Part shown: positions 1-8,846 of the stretch, piece after piece | How the letters are laid out: every line of letters begins with the position of its first letter | Numbering within the stretch: position 1 is the stretch's first letter | Assembly: GCA_040766745.1 (NCBI GenBank) | Contig: JAXGPX010000001.1 | Span: 187,950-251,949 of the forward strand | Direction: 5' to 3' | Origin: Bacillota bacterium | GTDB taxonomy: Bacteria > Bacillota > Sulfobacillia > Fermentithermobacillales > Fermentithermobacillaceae | DNA length: 64,000 bases | Translations under genes and position numbers: made by a program | The notes under the pieces: generated by a model | Seen by the model: the letters and a program-made list of their open reading frames with translations, nothing else | Database searches by the model: none | Told to the model about the DNA's origin: nothing

Positions 1-1723
1 TCTTGTTCTTGTAGTCGGTGGTAAGACAAGCGCCAATACAGGCCAGCTCCTGAGGATAGCCAGAGAATGCGGTGCAGAAGCTCATTTAGTAGAGTCGGTA
101 GATGATGTTTTGCCCCATTGGCTTGAGGGAAAACATATTGTAGGCGTAGCTGCAGGTGCGTCTACTCCCGACCGGGTTATAAAGGAGGTTGTAGGCAAGG
201 TGGAGGAATTGGAAAAGACCAATTTGGATGTGAAGCCAGAGGAACTACAAGAGGAACATGGACAGGATCAAGGTGGTGGCCTACCACCTGAGACTCTGGA
301 GACTTCTCCCGAAACGCCGGAAGAGGTTGTTCAACCTGAAGAGAAGACGGCCGAAGAGCTTTATGATGAGTCCTTCAAGACCCTACGTGAAGGTGATATC
401 GTTAAGGGAAAGGTAATGTCAGTAGACGAAAACGGGGCTCTGGTTGATGTAGGGTATAAGTCTGAAGGAATCATCTCTGCTCAAGAACTAGACCGTCGTG
501 GAGTAATCGGGTCTTTCGATTTGTCTCCCGGAGATGAGATCATGGTCTATGTCCTTAGTGTAGAGTCTGGCGAAGGGAGCCTACGACTCTCCAAGAGGAA
601 AGCTGATGAGGAAGCAGCATGGAAGAATCTAGAACAAGCTTATAGAGAGCAAAGCATAGTTGAGGCACCGGTTGCCCAGGAAGTAAAAGGTGGGCTTGTA
701 GTCGACGTAGGGGTCAGAGCCTTTGTTCCGGCATCGCAAGTTGAACGCGGCTATGTAAACGACCTTTCAAAATACGTTGGCCAGGCCCTGAGAATGCGAG
801 TTCTTGAACTGGATAGGTCCAAGAACCGGGTGATTCTGTCCCAAAGAGTTGTTCTTGAAGAAGAACACGAGAGACTCTGCAAAGAAACATGGGATACCAT
901 TGCCGAAGGCCAGGTGCGGACAGGTACTGTAAAGGGTATAACCGATTTCGGAGTATTTGTCGATTTAGGCGGAGTCGATGGCCTTTTGCACATATCAGAG
1001 ATCTCTTGGGGAAGGGTCAATCATCCATCAGAGGTGGTTCATGAAGGCCAGGAACTCGACGTCAAAGTTTTGAAAGTCGACAAGGAAAAAGGCAGGATCT
1101 CGTTAGGACGAAAGCAAGTTCTTCCTGATCCTTGGGACGATGTAGAAACAAAGTATCCTGTGGGGGCAGTCGTTAAGGGCGAAGTTACCCGTACCGCGCC
1201 TTTTGGTGCATTTGTTCAAATCGAACCCGGTGTGGAAGGGCTTGTTCACATATCGGAAATTTCTCAACAGCATATTGCCAAACCTGAGGAAGTAGTTAAT
1301 TCCGGCGATCAGCTGATGGTCAAGGTTCTACGGACCAGGCCTGATGAGCGGAAGATCAGCCTCAGCATAAAGCAAGCAGACCAGATGCTCTTGGAGGGTA
1401 CAGATTCCCAGGGCGATGCTCCGGAAGTTCAACCGGAAGTATCGCAACCGGACTCACCTGAACTGGCTGAGGCCCCGGAAGAGGCTCCGGAAGAAGTCCC
1501 CGAAGTGGCTCCTCAAGACATTCCCGAGGAGACTTCAGCCGAGGAGGTTCTCGAAGAGAGTAACCAAGAACAGGTTGAAGAAGCTGTGGAAATGCAAACA
1601 GCTGAAGCCTGTACACCAGACGGTTGTGATTCAGAGGCCAGCGAGGAACATGTCTGCGAAGAAGCAGCAGAACCCCTGAAATCTGAAGAGGATGAACCGG
1701 TGGCCCCTGAGGAACCCAAATAG
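1..1723 (+). CDS. ispH: IspH/LytB (4-hydroxy-3-methylbut-2-enyl diphosphate reductase) C-terminal region fused to a ribosomal-protein-S1-like segment with four S1 domains and an acidic PE-rich C-terminal tail; 5' end lies outside the window
   Basis: Frame 2 reads LVLVVGGKTSANTGQLLRIARECGAEAHLVESVDDVLPHWLEGKHIVGVAAGASTPDRVIKEV, which is the IspH C-terminus, from base 2 with no start codon. Repeated S1-type motifs (GxVxGxV...GAFV..G..GL.HISEIS) follow. IspH-S1 fusions are typical of Clostridia. Confidence 0.85.
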   Translation, partial: LVLVVGGKTSANTGQLLRIARECGAEAHLVESVDDVLPHWLEGKHIVGVAAGASTPDRVIKEVVGKVEELEKTNLDVKPEELQEEHGQDQGGGLPPETLETSPETPEEVVQPEEKTAEELYDESFKTLREGDIVKGKVMSVDENGALVDVGYKSEGIISAQELDRRGVIGSFDLSPGDEIMVYVLSVESGEGSLRLSKRKADEEAAWKNLEQAYREQSIVEAPVAQEVKGGLVVDVGVRAFVPASQVERGYVNDLSKYVGQALRMRVLELDRSKNRVILSQRVVLEEEHERLCKETWDTIAEGQVRTGTVKGITDFGVFVDLGGVDGLLHISEISWGRVNHPSEVVHEGQELDVKVLKVDKEKGRISLGRKQVLPDPWDDVETKYPVGAVVKGEVTRTAPFGAFVQIEPGVEGLVHISEISQQHIAKPEEVVNSGDQLMVKVLRTRPDERKISLSIKQADQMLLEGTDSQGDAPEVQPEVSQPDSPELAEAPEEAPEEVPEVAPQDIPEETSAEEVLEESNQEQVEEAVEMQTAEACTPDGCDSEASEEHVCEEAAEPLKSEEDEPVAPEEPK

Positions 1724-1795
1724 GCAATTCGCCCGGGCAGTGAATTGTATGTATGAGGTTCTTGCCCGGAAATAAGAAATATTGTGTAATAGTAG

Positions 1796-1840
1796 ACTCG
1801 CAGGGTAGCAGTAGTAGTCTGTACCTGCGAGTTTGCTTTT
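1796..1840 (+). terminator. Rho-independent terminator after the ispH-S1 gene
   Basis: 9-bp stem actcgcagg...cctgcgagt followed by ttgctttt. A second weaker hairpin (ccgggca...tgcccgg) lies just upstream at about 1731-1770. Confidence 0.5.
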
Positions 1841-1938
1841 AGATCTACAATCCTTTGCCAGGCATATCCGGTATGTCGAATAATCACCGAAAACTTCTGG
1901 AAACCATAGTTCATAGAGACGGCAAGGAGGGAGTTTTC

Positions 1939-2580
1939 GTGGGATTACCTATTGGCGTGATTCTTCTAATTATCGTAGCAATCCTGATTTTCTTTGGAGT
2001 TCTGCATAGAGTTTTGGACCGGATGAGGTTGTCTGATAGGGCAGCGCTGGCCATTATCGTGGCCATGGCTGCAGGAACTTTTCTCGATGTTACTCTTCTG
2101 AGGACTCCGGTTACTGTAAAAATGAATATCGGCGGAGGGGCTATTCCTATTATTGTGGCTATATGGCTAATCGCCACGTCTGATGAGGCTGGCGAGAAAA
2201 GCAGGAGTATTCTCTCGGCCCTTGTTACCGGAGGCGTAATCTGGGGATTATCTAAGGTTCTAAGCCCCGATGAGCAAGTTATGCGAGTGGCCCCTATGCT
2301 TATTTATGGGCTTGCCGCCGGAATAATAGCTGCCCTATCGGGCCGGTCAAGGCGGGCAGCATTTGTAGGTGGCTTGGGAGGCATAGTCATTGCAGACATA
2401 TTTCACTGGATTGAACTTGCAGTAACCAGGGTTCCGGGAACGGTCTTCTTTGGAGGGGCCGGGGCTTTTGACAGCTCAGTTTTAAGCGCTATTCTGGCAG
2501 TCGGGCTTGTTGAACTGGTAGGGGAAGCCAGAGAAAAGGCGATAAAGGTTCCTGGAGGTGACAAGCGAGATGAGGTCTAG
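1939..2580 (+). CDS. Integral membrane protein of unknown function (multi-TM)
   Basis: ORF 1855..2580. Start preferred at GTG 1939 because AAGGAGGG lies 8 nt upstream. Several hydrophobic helices (VILLIIVAILIFFGVL, IPIIVAIWLIA, GGVIWGL...). Sits immediately upstream of spoIIP. Confidence 0.55.
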   Translation: MGLPIGVILLIIVAILIFFGVLHRVLDRMRLSDRAALAIIVAMAAGTFLDVTLLRTPVTVKMNIGGGAIPIIVAIWLIATSDEAGEKSRSILSALVTGGVIWGLSKVLSPDEQVMRVAPMLIYGLAAGIIAALSGRSRRAAFVGGLGGIVIADIFHWIELAVTRVPGTVFFGGAGAFDSSVLSAILAVGLVELVGEAREKAIKVPGGDKRDEV

Positions 2581-3736
2581 CAAGAAAACTATTGCCCTGG
2601 TTATCCTGCTGGTCTTGGCTGCAAGCACCGGGGTTATCTATCTCTACCGGTCCATAGTGCCTGTAAGTTCCGAAGATACTACCGGACACGCTGAACGTGC
2701 CGGTAGCTATTTCACAGTGAAGGACGAAGCGGGAAACACCATTTTTGCCACGGGCCATATGGTATTTCCAGGTGATGAGTACGTCGACGAGGAAGACATG
2801 AAATACTCAATCATAGAGGTATCAGGCGACGAGGCTATTGCCAGGCCGGTAGGTAAGATGGAAGCATTATCTCCCATAATACCTGCGTTGGCCGGTGAGG
2901 CTGCTGCCAAGGGCGGGGCAGTAGGAATCTACCATACCCACTCTGCTGAGTCTTACGTCCCATCTGATGGCACAGAGTCAATCCCAGGCCACGGTGGAGT
3001 TTTCAAAGTGGGTTCAGCCATGGCAGACCAACTTAGCAAACTTGGTATAAACGCCATACACGATACGACCTCTCATGACCCTAATGATGCCCGGGCTTAC
3101 GACAGGTCACGAAGAACTGCCACAAGCTTACTCAAGCAGAAGAAGCCCCTTGCCATGTTTGATGTTCACAGAGATGCCGGCCCGGCAGAGCCATATATCA
3201 AGGAGATAGACGGCAAGGAAGTTGCCAAATGCATGATAGTCATTGGACGGCAAAACCCGAAAGCAGAGTCGAATCTCCAGTTTGCAAGGCGGCTCAAAGA
3301 TGAAGCCAACAGCCAATACCCCGGGCTTGTCAAAGGTATTTTCATGGGAAAAGCTGATTTCAATCAGGATCTGTTTGACAGGGCTCTCTTGCTTGAAATG
3401 GGTACTGAGCAGGTTTCGAGAGAGGCAGCGGAACGAGGTGCATCGCTAATTGCAAGCCTTGTTCCAGGTGTTTTGCCGGTTTCAGGCCCTGGTGCCACAC
3501 CGCAAAGCCGTGGTGCCGGCAGAACCATTGGCTGGTTGCTCGGAATTGCTGTGGCCGGTATTTTTGTATACCTTTGGATCTCTACAGGCAGCTGGGAAGA
3601 GATGAAGGCCAAAATACTTGGATGGTTTGGTACAGGCGGTATTAGGGTAGGTAGTGTTGATTCTGACAGCAGAGACGGTGGGGGAGGGCCCGATGCCGGT
3701 TCTTCCGGGCCTAATGGTGAAAGCGGGAAGCAGTAG
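2570..3736 (+). CDS. spoIIP: Stage II sporulation protein P (SpoIIP)
   Basis: N-terminal TM anchor followed by the conserved SpoIIP core (AVGIYHTHSAESYVPSDG...HGGVFKVG...FDVHRDAG...IVIGRQNP). ATG 2570 preferred over GTG 2558 because GGAGG is 11 nt upstream. Confidence 0.85.
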   Translation: MRSSKKTIALVILLVLAASTGVIYLYRSIVPVSSEDTTGHAERAGSYFTVKDEAGNTIFATGHMVFPGDEYVDEEDMKYSIIEVSGDEAIARPVGKMEALSPIIPALAGEAAAKGGAVGIYHTHSAESYVPSDGTESIPGHGGVFKVGSAMADQLSKLGINAIHDTTSHDPNDARAYDRSRRTATSLLKQKKPLAMFDVHRDAGPAEPYIKEIDGKEVAKCMIVIGRQNPKAESNLQFARRLKDEANSQYPGLVKGIFMGKADFNQDLFDRALLLEMGTEQVSREAAERGASLIASLVPGVLPVSGPGATPQSRGAGRTIGWLLGIAVAGIFVYLWISTGSWEEMKAKILGWFGTGGIRVGSVDSDSRDGGGGPDAGSSGPNGESGKQ

Positions 3737-4600
3737 ATGCCTTACGGAAAACCAATAGGCCTGGGGTTATTTGCTGGGGTGCTGGCAAGAGTCTTGTTAT
3801 TGCGTTCTGATTACCGCCAGTACCCCACTTACCCTCACGGTTATACATCCCACCTTTTTCTCGGAATCATTGCCGCCCTTGTAGGAGCAGTATCCATTCC
3901 GGCCTTATTGACGAATGAATGGACTGCAGTGACTTTTCTGGTACTTGTGGCACAGCAATTTAGAGATATCAGGAGTATGGAAAGGGATTCTTTGAAGGCT
4001 CTGGAAGATACGCAACTGGTTACAAGGGGAGCCGACTATATTGAGAACATCGCAAGGGTATTTGAGACCAGATACTATGTAGTAATATTCGTTGCAGTGT
4101 CAACGGCTTGGGGCAGCAGCTATGGTTCTGCCATAGTAGGCTTGTTGCTGGGAGCCGCATCTCTTGGTTTGAGCATGGTGATGACAAAGGTTGAGCATCT
4201 AGGCAGATCAGTACTGGCTGAAATTGCCCCGGTGGTTTTCAGAGATGCCGGCCTTTATGTTGGTGATATCTTCATTATGAACGTAGGACTGGAGGAATCA
4301 CGCCTGTATATTTCCGAGCATGGATTGGGTGCAATTCTTACCCCGCTAACAGAAACTGCAAGGGACACTATTGCCAGCCTTGGACAGAGGCAGGCAATAC
4401 TTCATGACGCTACAGGGATTCTTGGCGTTAAGAAAGACCTTGATACTCCTGAATTTACACCGATTGCAAGGAGGCATATAGAATCCGGGCGTGTAGGCTT
4501 GTTTATGGTACCTGAAGAGCGTGACGAGGAATTGCTCATCAGAATTGTCAAGCGTACTCCGGTGTTAGAGTCTTCGAGAGGCCGGACCTTACGCGGCTAG
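3737..4600 (+). CDS. YIEGIA-family membrane protein (sporulation-associated, found next to spoIIP in Clostridia)
   Basis: Contains the family signature here as GADYIENIARVFETRYY, plus hydrophobic helices. Its start codon directly abuts the spoIIP stop (cag tag ATG), suggesting translational coupling. Confidence 0.7.
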   Translation: MPYGKPIGLGLFAGVLARVLLLRSDYRQYPTYPHGYTSHLFLGIIAALVGAVSIPALLTNEWTAVTFLVLVAQQFRDIRSMERDSLKALEDTQLVTRGADYIENIARVFETRYYVVIFVAVSTAWGSSYGSAIVGLLLGAASLGLSMVMTKVEHLGRSVLAEIAPVVFRDAGLYVGDIFIMNVGLEESRLYISEHGLGAILTPLTETARDTIASLGQRQAILHDATGILGVKKDLDTPEFTPIARRHIESGRVGLFMVPEERDEELLIRIVKRTPVLESSRGRTLRG

Positions 4601-4636
4601 GCCAGTACGTTCATTTTTCTAAAGTGGTGAAAGCAA

Positions 4637-4825
4637 ATGGAAATCACGATTCAGAAGGCGATTTTATGCGCTGTTACCGGTGATCCAGGCATGATTCAGG
4701 ATATTCCTGCCATTATCGTTAAGGATAAGGATGCCCGCCAGGAGAAGGCTATGTTGCTTTCCCGTATTCTTCAGGGAGCCGTTCATGACATGGGCGATGG
4801 AGTCCTTATTGTGGTTAAGCATTAA
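4637..4825 (+). CDS. Small 62-aa protein co-operonic with the YIEGIA gene. Possibly the protein annotated in some genomes as the YIEGIA-associated capping subunit. Function unknown.
   Basis: ORF with its stop overlapping the next start (TAATG at 4823-4827). Lies between the YIEGIA gene and the next ORF. The name is recalled from memory and not verified. Confidence 0.4.
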   Translation: MEITIQKAILCAVTGDPGMIQDIPAIIVKDKDARQEKAMLLSRILQGAVHDMGDGVLIVVKH

Positions 4826-5595
4826 TGCAGAGAAGCCCGGAACTGCTTATAGCAAGAAGTAAACACAGGTTGCTGAAATATGCTCAAGATAAGGGGATTA
4901 TGCCCTGGGAAATTACATGGGGAAAACAGGGCTTTGGCGGGCGAGCAAATCAATTGTTCCTGGCATGGGGCGTTGACCCTTCGCCTCTTGCCGAACGGGC
5001 AATGGCTTCAGTAATAAGATTATATATTAATAGAAAACAGGCTGCGCCCAGTATATTCTATGTTTGCTATGCGGGAACCCACACTTCTGTTGTTGCCTCT
5101 GCCCTGCATTTAGACAGCATTTGCTTTGAGGATATTCAGAGCCGCGGCTACAAGGCCTTAACCTGTATTCCGTATTTTGACAGGCGTACAACCGCCGATA
5201 TCGGGGTTCCGGTATACATTGGAAGTGACCGAAACGGATCCGACATTTATGTTATGGGAACAGGATGGCTGGGTTTGCCTCTTGAGTTATGCCTGTGTGA
5301 CCTGATCGAGCTGGCGTGTCCCGGCACAAGGGCATGTATCTGCAATGTAAGGGGAATTCTTGATTTCCAGGCCAGACTGGGAGGCTTTCTTTCAAGGCGA
5401 TTCAACCTCGTTGTACCCGGGCGCCGCATTATCGCCCGGTCCTTGTCAAGGAAAGTTCCTATGTTGCGCCAGGCTGCCACATACTGTCTTGACCTCTCTG
5501 GCAAGTGGAAGGATAATGGGAGTCACACTGAAGGGGAGGTTACCTGGATTGACGGCTGCAAACAGGGGCGGATTGGTATGCCGGGTCGAACCTGA
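4825..5595 (+). CDS. Conserved hypothetical protein (256 aa), function unknown
   Basis: Long ORF translationally coupled to the preceding small gene. Its 3' end overlaps the probable DUF512 start by about 80 nt, so the true end or the downstream start is uncertain. Confidence 0.45.
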   Translation: MQRSPELLIARSKHRLLKYAQDKGIMPWEITWGKQGFGGRANQLFLAWGVDPSPLAERAMASVIRLYINRKQAAPSIFYVCYAGTHTSVVASALHLDSICFEDIQSRGYKALTCIPYFDRRTTADIGVPVYIGSDRNGSDIYVMGTGWLGLPLELCLCDLIELACPGTRACICNVRGILDFQARLGGFLSRRFNLVVPGRRIIARSLSRKVPMLRQAATYCLDLSGKWKDNGSHTEGEVTWIDGCKQGRIGMPGRT

Positions 5596-6889
5596 AAGCC
5601 TGGCTGAGTACCTGCAAATCCAACCGGGAGACAGAATCATATCGGTTAACGGCCACGAGCTCAGAGACGAGATCGATTATCGCTTTTACGCCTCTGAGGA
5701 GGACATTATTCTAGATATTGCAGCGGCCGACGGTACTGAAAAGAGTTATGATATAGAAAAAGATCCAGATGATCTCATGGGCATAACTTTCGACAACCCG
5801 ATTTTTGACGGAATGAAGACATGCAGGAACAATTGCTGCTTTTGCTTTATAGCTCAGCTGCCGAGAGGGTTACGCAAGAGTCTTTATGTGCGTGACGACG
5901 ATTACCGCCTTTCCTTTCTTTTTGGGAACTTCATATCTCTTACCAACCTCTCTGATAGTGATTGGCAGCGCATTGGCGAGCAAAGATTGTCTCCTTTGCG
6001 GGTATCACTCCATACTTCTGACCCTGGGGCACGGGCAATGCTAATGGGAAACCCGGCGGCTGCCCAGGCCATGGGCCACTTGACAAGATTGAAGCAGATG
6101 GGTATTGCGGTTCATGTTCAAATCGTTCTACTTAAGGGAGTAAACGACGGACAGAATCTCCTTCGTACACTTGAAAGCCTTGAATCTCTGGGAAGCACCG
6201 TTTTGTCAGTAGGTGTTGTACCTGCAGTCTACACACGTTACAGAGAAGTACTGCCGTCTCCTTACGGAGGACCTGAATGGGCTTGCGAAACCCTTTCTAT
6301 TCTTGAAAATTACGCTCGGAAGGTACATGAGAAACGTGGAGTTTACTGGGTCTACGGGGCTGATGAATTCTATTTCCTCTCTGGAAGAGAGTTTCCTAAG
6401 TACGAATTCTACGATGATTTTCCACAATTCGAAAACGGAATAGGCATGACTGCAGACTTCAGGGAAACCCTAAAAATGATTCGGGCAGAACTCAAGCCAT
6501 GCACAAATGTAGATGATCATGTGGGAAATGGCAGAATACTGGCAGTGACCGGAGTAATGGCTTATCCGGAAGTTGTCTCAGCCGTGAATACTCTGGGGAT
6601 TGAGAACAGGATTTCAGTATGCAAAGTGAGAAACAAGTTCTTTGGAGACACTGTTACTTGCTCAGGATTGCTGACAGGCCGGGATATTGTTGATACCATA
6701 CTGGATTTGAAAGGGGCCGGGAAGGAATTTGAGTGTGTGCTGATTCCGTCCTATTCCGTATTTGAAGGGAAATTCTTGGACGACATGACCACAGGCAACA
6801 TGGTGGAGATTACAGGGCTTCCTGTACAAGTGGTAGAACCTTCTCCTATGGGTCTGGTGGATGCGGTGTTTGAATCCGAAGGGGAGTAA
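5516..6889 (+). CDS. DUF512-family protein (N-terminal PDZ-like domain plus Cys-rich radical-SAM-like region), conserved immediately upstream of der in Clostridia
   Basis: Motifs GGLVCRVEPESLAEYLQIQPGDRIISVNG (PDZ) and CRNNCCFCFIAQLP. ATG 5516 is preceded by GGAAGGA. The longer 5360 start would overlap the upstream ORF in another frame. Confidence 0.65.
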   Translation: MGVTLKGRLPGLTAANRGGLVCRVEPESLAEYLQIQPGDRIISVNGHELRDEIDYRFYASEEDIILDIAAADGTEKSYDIEKDPDDLMGITFDNPIFDGMKTCRNNCCFCFIAQLPRGLRKSLYVRDDDYRLSFLFGNFISLTNLSDSDWQRIGEQRLSPLRVSLHTSDPGARAMLMGNPAAAQAMGHLTRLKQMGIAVHVQIVLLKGVNDGQNLLRTLESLESLGSTVLSVGVVPAVYTRYREVLPSPYGGPEWACETLSILENYARKVHEKRGVYWVYGADEFYFLSGREFPKYEFYDDFPQFENGIGMTADFRETLKMIRAELKPCTNVDDHVGNGRILAVTGVMAYPEVVSAVNTLGIENRISVCKVRNKFFGDTVTCSGLLTGRDIVDTILDLKGAGKEFECVLIPSYSVFEGKFLDDMTTGNMVEITGLPVQVVEPSPMGLVDAVFESEGE

Positions 6890-6893
6890 AGAT

Positions 6894-8231
6894 ATGGATT
6901 TTGTCGTAGCGATTGTAGGTAGGCCAAATGTAGGCAAATCAGCTCTTTTCAACCGGATAACAGGTACAGGTTCATCAATAGTTCACAAGCAGAGCGGCGT
7001 TACAAGAGATAGGCTTTATGCCCGGTGCGAATGGCAGGGGCATGAGTTTACGCTGCTTGATACAGGTGGATTTGACCTGTCCTCTTCAAGCGAACTGGCC
7101 ATGGCTATCAGAGCCCAAATTGAGCAAGCGATTGAAGAGGCAGATCTGCTTATTTTTGTGGTTGATGCGCGGACAGGAGTTTTGCCTGAAGACCTGGAAG
7201 TGGCCGAAATACTAAGGAGAACCAACAGGCCTGTCCTGGTTTCTCCCAACAAATGTGATGCCCCTGGCCACGACCACAAAGGGTTTGAGTTTTACACCCT
7301 TGGTTTTCCGGAAGTGTTTCCCATATCGGCTGCTCACGGCCTTGGGATTGGTGATTTGCTTGACCGGATCACAGAGGCCAAGGAACAAGGTGAGTCAAGG
7401 AATGAAAGAGTACAGGAAGCAGCCGGGGATTCTCAGCCCATAAGGGTAGCGATTGTGGGCAAGCCGAACGTAGGTAAATCGTCACTGGTAAACCGGCTTC
7501 TAGGGCAGGAAAGAATGACTGTGTCGGCCATGCCGGGTACAACTGTTGATGCTGTGGACACCAAAATCACTCACGATAATGCAGAGTTTGTTCTTGTTGA
7601 TACAGCGGGATTGAGAAGGCCGGCGCGGATCGGTGAACGACTTGAGGAATTGGCTGTAGGCCGATCACTCAGCGCAGTTAAGCGAGCCGATGTAGCCATA
7701 CTGGTTCTTGACGGAACTGAACCACCTACTGCCCAAGACCGTAGAATCGCAGGATATATCAGACGCAACGCAAAGGCTTCCATACTGCTGGTTAACAAAG
7801 TTGACCTTGGACTATACAACAATATGAGTCAGGAAGCGTTCACCAATTTGGTTCTACATGGGTGCAGGCCTGTTGGGTATTCAAACGTCCTCTTTGTTTC
7901 GTGCCTGACAGGGAAAGGAATCAACTTGGTTTTGCCTGAGGTTGTATGGACGTATCAGGAATATGACAAACGAATTGAAACTTCTTTACTAAACCAGGTA
8001 TTGAGCGAGATAACCGACTTTAGCCCTCCGCCAAGGGAGGGAAGGTTCTTCTACGGTACTCAGGTGGGTCAGAAGCCCCCTGAGATGGTGTTTTTCGTCA
8101 AGGATCCATCGAAGGTTCCAGATTCATATGTAAGATATCTTGAGGCTGAGATAAGGAGAAGGTTTGGATTCAGGGGTGTGCCAATTACCATGGAATTTCG
8201 GCCGCAAAGGCAAAAGGAGAAGTCAAAGTGA
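6894..8231 (+). CDS. der: Ribosome-biogenesis GTPase Der (EngA), with tandem GTPase domains and a KH-like C-terminus
   Basis: Two G-domains (VAIVGRPNVGKSALFNRITG and VAIVGKPNVGKSSLVNRLLG), each with DTGG/DTAG and NKxD motifs. ATG 6894 is preceded by AAGGGGAG. Confidence 0.9.
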   Translation: MDFVVAIVGRPNVGKSALFNRITGTGSSIVHKQSGVTRDRLYARCEWQGHEFTLLDTGGFDLSSSSELAMAIRAQIEQAIEEADLLIFVVDARTGVLPEDLEVAEILRRTNRPVLVSPNKCDAPGHDHKGFEFYTLGFPEVFPISAAHGLGIGDLLDRITEAKEQGESRNERVQEAAGDSQPIRVAIVGKPNVGKSSLVNRLLGQERMTVSAMPGTTVDAVDTKITHDNAEFVLVDTAGLRRPARIGERLEELAVGRSLSAVKRADVAILVLDGTEPPTAQDRRIAGYIRRNAKASILLVNKVDLGLYNNMSQEAFTNLVLHGCRPVGYSNVLFVSCLTGKGINLVLPEVVWTYQEYDKRIETSLLNQVLSEITDFSPPPREGRFFYGTQVGQKPPEMVFFVKDPSKVPDSYVRYLEAEIRRRFGFRGVPITMEFRPQRQKEKSK

Positions 8232-8845
8232 CAGTCGATTGGGGTTTGCTGATTTTCATATGTATGGCCGGGTATCTGGCTGGCTCAATCCCATCGGGAG
8301 TTATAATCTCCAAGCTTGCGGGCATTGACAATATAATGTCTTATGGTAGCGGAAATACCGGAGCTACCAACGTCTTCAGGGTATTGGGGCCCAAATATGC
8401 CGCCATCGTCCTGGTGATGGATATTCTCAAGGGCGCTTTGGCGGCCTATCTCGGGTTGAGGTATCTAGATATGGGTACCGTGGGTGCTTTTATAGCCGGA
8501 GTGTTTTCCATAGTGGGCCATAATTGGTCAGTGTTTCTCGGATTCAAAGGGGGAAAAGGAGTTGCCACCACAGCAGGGGTGGCACTAATAGTTTTCCCCA
8601 AGATATTGGCTGTAAGTGCTGCTGCTTTTCTTGTAGTTGTGGCATTATCCAGATATGTTTCTCTTGGAAGCTTGGTAGGTGTTTGGGCCGGTTTTGCCTA
8701 CTCGCTTCTTCCTGAGTTCACTGCTTTGGACAAATTAGCTGTCTTCGGATTGGCGGCAGTTGTCACTTACAGGCACAGATCCAATATTCAAAGGCTTGCC
8801 TCGGGAACAGAACTGAAGTTAGGGAAGAAAGGGGAACGAATCTGA
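8228..8845 (+). CDS. plsY: Glycerol-3-phosphate acyltransferase PlsY
   Basis: GTG start overlapping the der stop. Conserved PlsY motifs (GSGNTGATNVFRVLG, HNWSVFLGFKGGKGVAT). About 200 aa, multi-TM. Confidence 0.85.
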   Translation: MTVDWGLLIFICMAGYLAGSIPSGVIISKLAGIDNIMSYGSGNTGATNVFRVLGPKYAAIVLVMDILKGALAAYLGLRYLDMGTVGAFIAGVFSIVGHNWSVFLGFKGGKGVATTAGVALIVFPKILAVSAAAFLVVVALSRYVSLGSLVGVWAGFAYSLLPEFTALDKLAVFGLAAVVTYRHRSNIQRLASGTELKLGKKGERI

Positions 8846-8846
8846 G

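Noticed and set aside
1362-1914. Minus-strand ORFs (121 and 133 aa) antisense to the S1/acidic-tail region
   Set aside because: They are antisense to the confidently identified ispH-S1 gene and have low-complexity translations.
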